Below, in pieces: positions 39,298 to 50,400 of a stretch of 64,000 bases of DNA. The notes under the pieces are model-generated. The model was not told the origin of the DNA. It searched no databases and was given only the letters and a program-made list of their open reading frames with translations. Origin of the DNA: Sphagnum compactum (taxonomy: Eukaryota); assembly GCA_965153455.1 (NCBI GenBank), contig OZ234493.1, forward strand, positions 35,578,213-35,642,212. The letters are read 5' to 3'. Positions within the stretch are counted from its first letter, which is position 1. Every line of letters starts with the position of its first letter. The translations under genes and the position numbers were made by a program.

Positions 39298-42200
39298 ATG
39301 CTGCAGCTCGCGCGGTGGTGGTTTGTGTTTTTGGTTTTGGGTACAGTGGTGGTGCTCGCATGGACAGTGCAAGCTGGAGCTGGAGCTGCTGCTGCTGCTG
39401 CAGGAGGTGCGGAGGAGAAAGTTGAGAAGAAGAAGACGTCTGGAGGAGTCGCGGGCGGGAAAGAAGCTGATGATGAGAATCAGAGACGAGAGGTTTACAT
39501 GGTGCTTGTGGTTGGTGAGCCTGTGGTTGCGTACAAAGGCGGACTGCCAGGTCTCACTGGGACAGCTGAATTGTTCATGACACGGAGATGGAGGAAATCT
39601 CGCCATCGTAGGTATGTATGGATGCTGCAGGCATTGCAGCAGAAGTCAGTGACAAAATTGCAGTAGGCATGTTTGTTTTTGGACTGATTGTCATGTGATT
39701 CTTCCTGCAGCATGTTTGATCGGCTCCATCTGCTGCGAGATGAAGAAGCTGTTTGAAAGAATCTCTTTGTGGGTATGTGTGTGTTTTGCTGAATTTAAGC
39801 TCTCCGGGAGCTCAAGGAATGAGGATCTGGCAATGGGTATTTTTGATCGGCTCCATGCACCTGCTGGGAGAAGAAACTGCTTGAATCTCTTTGTGGGTAT
39901 GTGTGTGTTTTGCTGAATTTGAGCTCTCCGGGAGCTGGAGAAATGGGGATCCAGCACTGGGGATTTCCAGATTCTTGGTGAATATGGTCAGAGACTTGAA
40001 TTTAGTAAAACTTGAGAAGAAAGAGCCTCATCGCGAAATCGGCTGACTCCTCTTCGATGTCCTTTTTCATCTTCTTGTTGTGAAGGATGCAGCCGAGCTG
40101 CTCAGAGGGTTTCAGTACTACTGGCATTTGTGTATTGTGGTAGAAAGAAGAAGAAGTCTTGTGTCTTGAGAAGCTCAGCAGAATTTGGCCGGGTTTGCTT
40201 GTGGCTGCTGCAGGGCTGCTAATGCCACGGATTTGGTTCATAAGTATACGACTTACCTAACAAGGAAGCAGGATGAGCTTCTCGAGAACTTCTTCAAGAA
40301 GTCTAGCAGCAACAGCAGCAGTAGGCCCAGCTACACCAAGCTTTACAGCTATCATCACATTGTCAATGGTTTTGCCGTGGAGCTCACTGCTGAAGAAGTA
40401 AGTCGGTGTGGGGTTTGTTTGTTACACTCTTTTTTTTGGGGCTCCTCTCGAGTCTTCTTTCTTGCTTTTTTCAGGCCTTCTTGCGATGACAAGAAGGTTG
40501 CAATGTATGCAGTCAAAAACAAACTGGCATGGGTTGATGAGGAGCAATATTGTATCAACAAACTGCAGGCATGGATGGGTCGATGAGGAGCAATGTATAA
40601 GAAACTTGTGCTTTCTTCTACTAGGCAAAGCAAACCACACTTACATTTTGTTGGGGGTTTCTGTGGCATGATAATTGTGATGGAAACCTCAAGGCAGAGC
40701 TCCTTGCCAAGGATCCTGGGGTGGTACAAGTCGAGAAGAGCTACAGAGTGCAAAAGGCCACAGTTCACACACCTTATTATCTTCAACTACCACAAGGGAT
40801 TTGGGCTCAGGAAGGGGGATATCTTGGAGCAGGTGAGAATATTGTGATAGGCTTAGTGGACACTGGAATCGACCCGACGCATCCAAGTTTCTCTACTATG
40901 GGACAAAAACCATATAGACCTCTCACATCATATCATGGCAAATGTGAGGTTGCTCCAGAGTTTCCTCTCGGCTCCTGCAATGGGAAGATCATTGGAGCCC
41001 AACACTTTGCAGCAGCTGCATCAAAAGATGGTGTATTCAATGCCACCCTCTATTTTGCCTCCCCCTTGGATGGAGATGGCCATGGAAGGTATGCCTGGGC
41101 CCTTCTACCAGATGTTCCTCAGGATACAAAACATGTGCCAAAGGTTGGAAAAAATCTATCACCATCTCTTCTCTCACAAGTTGACTCCCTGCAACAAGCT
41201 GATATTTGATTATGTTTTGTTGTCAGTCATACAGCTTCCACAGCAGCTGGAAACCATGGAGTGCCTGTAATAGTGAACGGTGTATTCTATGGAAATGCCA
41301 GTGGTATGGCACCTAGAGCTCGGTAAAACCTCTTGGCCTTTGTCAACCAATTCAAGCTCCTGGATTTCTTTTACAGAACATCTACCCAGAAAGCTCATTT
41401 GAAAAGTTATAACCATTCTTGTTGGTGAAAAAAATCTGTCTCCCAACAAGATTATTATGATGCTGCTGCAACGTCTGGTGTGATCAGCAGTGCCAACTTC
41501 TGCTCAAAATCCTGCCACCACTTCTGTTAGTCAATCTGGAATTTTGTTTGGCTGGCTGTCAAATGGCTGAACATATTGCTGCTGTGTTTGGAACTCACAG
41601 AATTGCTGTTTACAAGGCGTTGTACCGGTTGATTGGTGGGTTTATACCAGATGTTATTGCAGCATGTGATCAGGTCTGTTGCATCATCATGATTCACCAC
41701 CTTTGAGTTGGGGATTCACCAAAGAAAGTTGATCTGGTTTGTTGCATTATCATGTAGTTGCCCAAAGGTGTAACTCTTGTGAGCTCAATCATATGGAGAA
41801 CTCACTCTGTGGTGCGACTGTGTGAACTTTGACTGGCTGGATTTTGGGGGTGAGTAGTTAACACACTATGGTCTTCTTGGGCGAAGCAGGCTGTTGCCGA
41901 TGGAGTTGACATACTTAGTCTGTCACTGGGACCCAACAGCCCACCTGGTGGTTCTATCAGCACCTTTCTCAACATCTTGGACTTGGCACTCCTCAATGCA
42001 GTCAAGGCGAACGTATTGGTTGTCCAGGCTGCTGGGAATGGGGGTCCTTATGACCAGACTGTTACTTCTTTCAGTCCTTGGATCATCACTGTAGGTGCAG
42101 GGGTTGACGACAGATCGTACCCAAATACATTAACACTTGGCAACATGACTGTCCTTCCTGGGACTTTGTTGGCACGTAAGTTGACTCCAATCCAGGAAAG

Positions 42201-44242
42201 TTTGGCAATTTCAGTACCAAGATATTAGTTTTACTCATGCAGATATAAACCAACCATGAAGAAGAGAATCAAACAACAAAGAAGATACATTATAATGATG
42301 GTTTTGATCCCTGTTCATGTCTATGTGCAGCTCCAACAAAAGGGCCATTTCTGTACAATTTGATATCAGCAAAGGATGCGATGCAAGGTCAAGGCAACCC
42401 TCTCTATACTCCGAGTGACTGTCAGCTGGCTTCACTCTTCAACAAACTTTTGGTCCAAGGGAAGCTTATGATCTGCACCTACTCCTTCAACTTCATCTTT
42501 GGAGGGGCATCGATGCAACAAGTGGTGAGCACACTCGAAGCTTTAGGAGCAGCTGGTCTAGTTATGGTGGTGGAATCGGATGTTGCAGGGAGCAAGTTTG
42601 ATCCCATTCCTTTCACAATGCCCGGCATTGTCATCGTAGATGCGATGAATTCTGAGGCAAATCCTCTTTGTCCCTGACTCATCATTCTTGCATTCCAAAA
42701 ATCTGAATCTAATCTCCTCACCTAAAACCCCACTGCCCCTTTTTTCTCCCTGATAATCTGTACCCAAATTTGCTTGCACTGATCACAATATTAGGTGTTG
42801 CAGTCTGCACAGAGGATTAAGTTTGTGACGATGATGGTGTTGTGGGTCTGACAGGTTTTGCTCGATTACTACAGTACGCTAACAACGAGGGATGCTAATG
42901 GCATAGCTGTTCGATTTGGAGCTCAAGCCAAAATAGGGGGTGGCCAGATAGCCAATTATAGTGGTCAAGCGCAGCAAGTAGCTCTCTTTTCTTCAAGGGG
43001 GCCGGATATCAAGGATTTCAACTTCAACCAGGCGGATATCTTGAAGCCTAATGTGTTGGCACCTGGATACCTCATATGGGGAGCATGGACCCCTATTGGA
43101 ATCGATAACCCAAATTACATAGGTGAACTCTTAAACTGCAAAGAGAAGAAAAAAATTCTCATTCTGCATGATGATCTTTTGAACCTTTCTCATTCCAGTA
43201 CCAAAGCTCTCTCTCTCACAAAGGAAAAAAAAAGAAAAAACTACTTGCCTCCTTTTTGTTCTCTACACATCACAGTCACAAGTGTTTCAGGCACACTGAT
43301 TTGAGACCTAAAGACTTTCGGGTTTTCAGGCCAGAGATGGGCAATGATATCAGGGACCAGTATGGCAACACCCCATGTGGCGGGTCTTGCAGCGCTGCTG
43401 AAAGAAAAGTATCCTCTTTGGAGCCCAGCAGCGCTTGCATCAGCAATGGTAACAACTGCAGATGTTCAGGATTCACGGGGTGTACCCCTTCAGGCTCAGG
43501 AAGTCTCTGGAGGCTCCACTCCTTTATTGCAAAATGCCACACCTTTTGATATGGGTGGTGGAGCACTTAACGTGAATGCTGCTCTCAACCCGGGTATTAT
43601 CTTCGATGCAGGTCAGTACTAGGGTTATCTGCTGCTTTTGTGTTCTCTCTGGAAATTTACACAGTGCTACCAAAATTGTCAACAAGTTGCGGTGTCAAAT
43701 TGAGCTGCACATGATTGACCGTATGCTGCTGACTGTGCTACCATGGGTTAGGTTTTGTCTCTAGTGGGGTCTATCTTTGTTTCCTAATGGATTGCTTCTG
43801 TGGATTTTATCTGGGGACAGGAGAGGCTGATTATGCTGCATTCCTCTGCACTGCAGAGGGAGCAACCCCTCAGCAAGTATTTGCATCAACAGGTGGTGTG
43901 TGTCCCACAGTCCCAGGGAGACCCATAGATCTCAACATGCCATCTATCACTCTTGCTTCCCTAAATGGTACCCAGGTTCTCTCCAGAACAGTCACAAATA
44001 TTGCAAACAACGTAGAGAGGTACACAATCACATGGACTAGTCCAGCTGATGTTGCAGTCACAATTACTCCTGCGACCTTCACTATTGGTAGGAGTGGTCA
44101 ATTGCAATCGCAACAGATCACATTCACTTTGCGAGCTACGGGGGCTTCAACTTTATCATCTTTTGGACAGGTTACATTCGCTGGAGACTTAGGCCATCGA
44201 ATACACATTCCAATCTCCATCACAAACAAGAGTCTGAAATAA
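39298..44242 (+). CDS. Subtilisin-like serine protease (S8A, SBT2 clade, SBT2.5/2.6-like), 10 exons, ~881 aa
   Basis: Exons 39298-39611, 40214-40397, 40694-41088, 41227-41322, 41601-41673, 41890-42175, 42331-42656, 42855-43122, 43330-43611, 43821-44242 sum to 2646 nt in frame. Signal peptide, I9 prodomain (YSYHHIVNGFAV), Asp VDTGIDP, His DGHGSHTAS, Asn AAGNGGP, PA domain, Ser SGTSMATPH, Fn3-like C-terminus. Confidence 0.96.
39713..39965. repeat. ~127-bp tandem duplication in intron 1 of subtilase 1
   Basis: tttgatcggctccat...gaatctctttgtgggtatgtgtgtgttttgctgaattt.agctctccgggagct occurs twice. Confidence 0.9.
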
Positions 44243-46285
44243 TTAATACTGCCTTTATTTTTCTTATATTTCCAGCATCAAAGATTATTCTGAGCCCAGT
44301 AAGATGACAACAAGAGCTTCAGGTCTAGCGTTGCATCCCCACTGATGATCAAGCTGTAGAAGTCATTTCAGAAGAGATGTTTTTTTAGTTCTCACACCCC
44401 AAAATCTGGGTTAGGTCAATAGTGCACTATTTGATAGTTCTTAGTACATTCCACAAAACAATAAATAACATTAGTACTCTGAGAAATATCAAGAACCCCG
44501 AATTTGGTGAGAGTTGTCTGCTGGGTATAATAACCTTACCCAGTTTGTTTTGGGAGCTTCGAAAACAAGAGGAAGACACTTGTTGCTTGACACCAGAGAT
44601 GGATGTCCAGGGATTTCTTTGCGCCAATTTTTTGTGATGAACAGTCACTCGCTGTGAACACAGGTGAAAGTTGGATTCACCTTCAGTCATCCTAGTCGTT
44701 GACACATGATCTACATGGTGCTCTATTTTTCCAAGATTGTATTTGCAATCTTGCTCATCGACTTCGCTCTCATGTTGAAATTGGGAAGCAAGCAACTACG
44801 ACCGTTTTTGCAGTTGAACTGCTGAATGTTTCTATAAGGATTTGAGCAGGAGCTTAGCCTCCGGGTAGAAGAACACTTGGTCAGAGTAAGCTCCTGTGAG
44901 TAGAAGAAGAGCATTTGTTCGGAGTTGTGCTGGCAGATGACGAGCCAACCACTTCTTTAGGCTGGAACTGTAGCTTTTGCAAGTAAAGAAATGGACCAAC
45001 ACCATCTCCTTTCCGGAGACATAGAGTTTATTAGCAGGCATTTCTGCATTTGTCTCCAAATTTCTGCAATTGACAAGTTGCGACGGCTTTTGTAATACTA
45101 TGCAGATCAATAGATGATCTTTGTGTTGCCAAGATGATGATGGTCCGTTGTCTACACTTGTCGAAAGGTAAGTCGGTCGTAAAAAGATGATTGCGTCTCT
45201 GCTCCCAACTACAGAAGAAGCATGCTCTCGCAGTTGTTTGTTGCAAATTTCTTGCACTTGCGTAGAAACAAGCTTGTCACTTGTTTCTTTCAATTGTCTG
45301 TTGTGTTCATATCTTCATTCCATCATTGTTTGATGATGCTCGTGGGTTAAATACAGCGCTTACAATATCTTCATTTTTTTTTTCTTGCAATGTTGTCATG
45401 AAGAGAAACTTCCCAGCATGGTTCTTGCTCTTCTTTCCTTTCTGGCCTCTTCTTGCTCTTTGTGATGCTTGATTCTTGGGTGCGGTTACAACAGATACAA
45501 ATTTTTGAACACCTATAGAATAGAACCGTGAATTTAGAAAATGCATGAAACAAAACTAAACTTGAAGATATATTTGCAATTGAAGTTCAAAAGAAGTATT
45601 CACTGGGATCTGTGTGTTTTCGCTTTTTTTGCTTTGCATTTTCTTAGTATTCACTGGGATCTGTGTGTTTTCTTGGTTAGAATCAAAGTCATCAATCATG
45701 GGTGTGATCATCTATCTCTCTGGGTAGTTGGGGTGGATGGGTGAGGGGCGGAGTAATTGAACGAATGAATGAATGAATGTGTGAGGCGCAAATCAAGGCC
45801 CTCAATGTAAGTTCATGGGGGAGGGGGAGGGGGTGTGGGGGGGCCCAAAGGCTTCCTGAAATAGCGGCGACTGGCGTGCACAACCGCTAAATTTGGCGGC
45901 CGGCCAAATCCAGCCCTCGGGTAGGTTGATGTCCCGCTGTTGTCGCTGAAGTGGGGAAAGAAGGAAGGGGTCGTGTGGTGGGAGTTTTGGTTGCTGCTGC
46001 AGCGCGGCAAGCACAGTCAGCGGGATGATGATCTGATCCGTTTCCCCACCTCCTCCTCCTCCTCCTGCTTCGCAGCCTGCGTCATTGTGGTTCCTTCCAA
46101 ATTTGCTCCTCAATTCTGCCCCGGAGCTCCGTTTTTTCACCAACCCCCGCCCCCCTCCAAATTGGCGACAATTTAGTGTTCTTTGAGTTTTTTTAGTCGC
46201 CAAGTTTCGAAAAAAACAATCACCAGATTTCTACCTTAAGTGACAGCAGGTAGCCAAAATCATTTTTTTACTCTCATCTTTCCTT

Positions 46286-47120
46286 ATAGCCAAATCTGGC
46301 TAAAATCATCTTTATGGATTCATTCCCACTTCAGCTACATCACAAAATTGCCAAAAAACGAAAAAAAAGAAAAAACCCAAACCCTACCCGAACGGGTAAT
46401 TCATTAAATGACAAGAGAGAGAGAGAGAGAGAGAGAGAAAACAGGGATTCCAATTGTAGTACGCCGGACCTGCACATGATCCATTTGGTAATATATCAAA
46501 TTCCTGTTACGGATCTGTTCTTGCTACATTTGGCGGAAGGAAGGAAGGAAAGAAAGCCTGAAGAAACATATATAGAAGGATGCTAGATTAAAAATAAATA
46601 AAGGAAAATTTTAAATTCACACCTTTTTTGGTTAAATTCACACCCTTTCTTCGCACGTCCCATTATATGCAGATTAAACTCCATCTCCTATTGCGTTGCG
46701 CGTACTGTTTAAGGGGGGTGGGGCAGACACACTCACATTTAATCTGCCTATAATCGGACGCGCGAAGAAAGGGTGTGAATTTAACCAAAAAAGGTGTGAA
46801 TTAAAAATTTCCCTAAATAAAAATCAATATAAATAGCCAAATCTGGCTAAAATCATCTTATGGATCAATTGATGATTACCCACTTCAGCAACATCACAAG
46901 ATTGCTACCACCAAAAAAAAGGAAAAAAAAAGAAAAGAAAAAAAACCCTAAATGAGGAGGGGGGGGGGGGGGTAATTCATTAAATTGCGGAGAGAGAAAA
47001 AACAGGAATTCCAATTGTGTTATGCCAGATCTGCAGATGATGAGCCATTTTTTTTGGGGTAATAAATATATTAAATTCCTTTTGTTGTTGCTACATTTGG
47101 CGGACGAAGGAAAGAAGAAG
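46286..47120. repeat. ~280-bp direct duplication (46286-46560 and 46833-47120) upstream of subtilase 2
   Basis: atagccaaatctggctaaaatcatctt...ggtaattcattaaat...attccaattgt...ttgctacatttggcgga occurs twice, flanking the MITE. Confidence 0.88.
46603..46813. mobile_element. Long-TIR MITE (Mutator-like), 211 bp
   Basis: ~76-bp near-perfect TIRs (ggaaaattttaaattcacaccttttttggttaaattcacaccctttcttcgc... and ...gcgaagaaagggtgtgaatttaaccaaaaaaggtgtgaattaaaaatttccc). 8-bp TSD taaataaa at 46595-46602 and 46814-46821. Confidence 0.88.
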
Positions 47121-47458
47121 AAGAAGAAGACGACGTCGTCGTCGTAGGCTCACGATCAGCGCCGTCTTCTGGGGACGCGCAAAGTAAACCCGATCCAGTT
47201 CCAAAGCGCTTTGGGAATGGGACCCGGCGCGCTTTCACTGCTTCCGTTGCCTGCCTCGCTCTGGCTCACTCGCAGAAGCTTCCTGGAGTTCGTGATGAGC
47301 TAGCGCAGTTCGGGGAGTAGTAGTAGTAGTAGTTGTACGTATAGCTGCTGCTAAACTAAGCTAGCTGCGGTTTTTTGTGTAGTGATCGATCACTAACTGC
47401 CTGCAAGCTGCAATTCGTTGGAATTGCGCCAGTACTGCATGCGAGCACGGCGGTTGAG

Positions 47459-50400
47459 ATGAGTAGTTATGAGAGATGGCGCATGCAGGGATCACTAGTG
47501 TGGTGGTGTGTGCTTTTGTTGGTTTTGGGTTCGACGTTGTTGCAGCTAGTGGAGCTGGCGGATGTGCATGCAGTAGTAGGGGTGGAGATGCTCAGTACGA
47601 CGGCCCTGCAGGAGTCGATCAAGAAGGAAGTTTATATTGTTGTGATCGAAGGTGAGCCTGTGGTGGCTTATAAGGGACACTTGCCGGGTTTCACTGGTAC
47701 AGCCAAGTTCTTTACGCGTAAATGGAAGTCGCGACATCATAGGTAAGCTATGTTAGAGAGAAACTTGTTGGCATGATTTCATATATGGGAACCAAAGTGA
47801 TCTGATTGTAGAGCTTGATAGCATCATGATCATCGAGCATAGGTTTCTGTTTTTTCTTTTTTTTCCCTATCTTTCTTTGCTACATTCCGATTCAGCTCTA
47901 GTGGCGCATTCCTTGACATGGGCATCGGCAGCTGGAGAGATCATGTTAGCCCATTTAATTTAGCCCATTTTCTAGCCGAATTTCTGAGCTCGTGGCGGAG
48001 CTAGCTGGAAGAATGGAGAAAGCTTAGCGAGCAGTTAACCAGCAGCAAATTCTGATGCGACGTCGACCCCATCAGATTCTACTCTGTTTGGTGGCTTCCA
48101 ATTCGGAGAGTTCTTCAGCATCATGAACATTTCTAAAGACTTGAACAGCATCGCCATTCTAAAATATTATTGCTTCATGGGTTTCAAGCAGCTTGTGTTT
48201 GAACTGGTTAGCTCTAGATAGTTGTCCTGGACTTTCTTGTGATCACGATCTCCAACTGTCCCGACACCATGATAGTACGTACTCTGTTGTTGATGCATGA
48301 TTGTGACAGGGCCAATACCAAGAATTTAGTGCACAAGTACAAAACGCTCTTGACAAAGAAGCAGGATGAACTTCTCGACAGCTTCTTCTTCATGAAGAGG
48401 AGGCCATACACCAAGCTTTACAGCTATCATCATCTCATCAACGGTTTCGCTGTAGACCTCACTGCTGCAGAAGTATGTCTCTATCGTCTCCAGCCTGAAA
48501 GCAAACTCTCCTGCAGCTGGACCCATAATGCATGATGACCTTCAATCCAGCTCTGGATATAAGATTTGCTTTGCAGAATCCAGTTGCAGCGTGGACCATA
48601 CTTCCTTCTGATGAACTCGTGAAGCTAGCTATACGACCCATTGTGCAAACTGTTATGCTCTAGATTCATCTAGATTCATGTTCTCGACATCTTCAGCGAT
48701 TGAGGGAAGACTGAATGTGTTTTGTTGGTTCTGTTTGTGGATCTAAACAAACCCTAAACCTTAAACCCTAAACAAATGCATTGGTTCAGGCCGAGGCTCT
48801 TGCAGACTTTCCTGGAGTGATAAGCGTTCACAAAAGCTACAGAGTCGAGAAAAGCACAGTCCATACGCCAGCATACCTGGGACTACCCAACGGAATTTGG
48901 GCGAAATTGGGGGGATTTCAAGGCGCAGGCGAGAACATTGTGATTGGGATTGTGGACACCGGAATCGACCCGACGCATCCAAGCTTTGCTGCCAGGGGAC
49001 AGTCTAAGGCTTACGGTCCCCTTCGCAAGTACTTAGGAAAATGCGAAGTGGCTCCTGAGTTCCCTCGCGGTTCCTGTAATGGCAAGATCATAGGAGCCCA
49101 ACACTTCGCTGCTGCTGCAATCCAAAGCGGAGCGTTCAGTGCTTCTTATCAGTTTGCTTCTCCCTTGGATGGAGATGGCCATGGAAGGTTAGCTCTAGCA
49201 GCCCTGCACAGCTTCAATTTATATATCTATGTATACCCACCAGCTTGAATCTTCTTCACAGAAATTGCACAACTTCTTGTATGAGAATCAACTCCCTCAG
49301 CCAATCCATGTGTGTTCATCATGAACCTTCTTATCATCTTTTCCTGTTGTTGTCGTTTGTTCGTGTATGTAATTGATTCTGGACTTTTGAAAAGTATAGG
49401 GCAAGGATTGCTCCTCAGGGCCTTCCTTCTCTAATTTTAGGGTTGTAGTAGCCTTAAAATTAGAGATTAAGGCCCGTGAGACTCCTCAGCGTAAAGCACA
49501 ACATGTCCCCTTTTTTTGAATGGTGGAAGGTGTGCATGAATGATTAGTAGAATGTTTTGCTGACTGATGATGAACGCATCCTCCATGTGGGGAGGTGTGT
49601 CCAAATACAAAGGGAAATTCCCTGGAGTGCTTAGGTTTAGAATTGACAATTGAGCATTTGGAAGTTGGAAAATTGGATTGAAACTTTTGATTTGGGGGCC
49701 ACCTGTAGATGATGCAACAATAGAAATTAATAATGTTTTACCTCACTAGATGATCCACCAAATAAATGTTAACAATGTTTTGCCTCAAATGCAAATTCAG
49801 TAGAAAACTTGATCCCAACCACCAGGTTAGAAAAAATCCAAAATTAACAGTTTAGTCCAGAATTAACTGAAAAATACCAGTACTGTCAAACTGCAAAACA
49901 CACTGACGAGACACGATCTTTGCTTGTTGTCAGTCACACGGCTTCTATAGCAGCTGGAAACCATGGAGTACCTGTCATCCTGGATGGCGCTTTCTATGGA
50001 AATGCTAGTGGAATTGCACCCAGAGCTCGGTAAAAATGAAAATCCTCCTGTGCTCAACAAGTTTGTATATATATGTATATACCTTTGTAAAGCTTCTGCA
50101 ATGTTGTTGCATTTGTCCTTGAACCTCTGCAGCTGGCCAACGCTGAATCTATTGTTTTGTGTGATCCTGGATGCTATAACAGACTTGCTATATACAAGGC
50201 ATTGTACCGCCAAATTGGAGGCTTCATACCAGATGTGGTAGCAGCATGTGATCAGGTGTGTTGTTTCTGGACCAACTTCCTGTTGCAAAGATGTTATGAT
50301 CAAAATTCTCTAGATCTAGAATCATGCTGGATCATATCTGCTTGCAATTGATACTCGTGCTGCAGCTTGAGTTACATGCAATTATGCATTGGGAAGCAGC

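Noticed and set aside
38876..39606. 161-197 aa antisense and alternate-frame ORFs over subtilase 1 exon 1
   Set aside because: Low-complexity shadows of a GC-rich exon and 5' UTR, with no recognisable domain.
44427..45546. Minus-strand ORFs (122 and 153 aa) and a short signal-peptide-like ORF between the subtilases, considered as a peptide-precursor substrate
   Set aside because: No CLE/CEP/RGF/TWS1-type motif. The hydrophobic ORF stops right after the putative signal, and no coherent exon chain is visible.
45817..45845. G-run cluster (potential G-quadruplex); similar runs at ~21570 and ~46958
   Set aside because: G-runs are common in these repeats and nothing indicates function.
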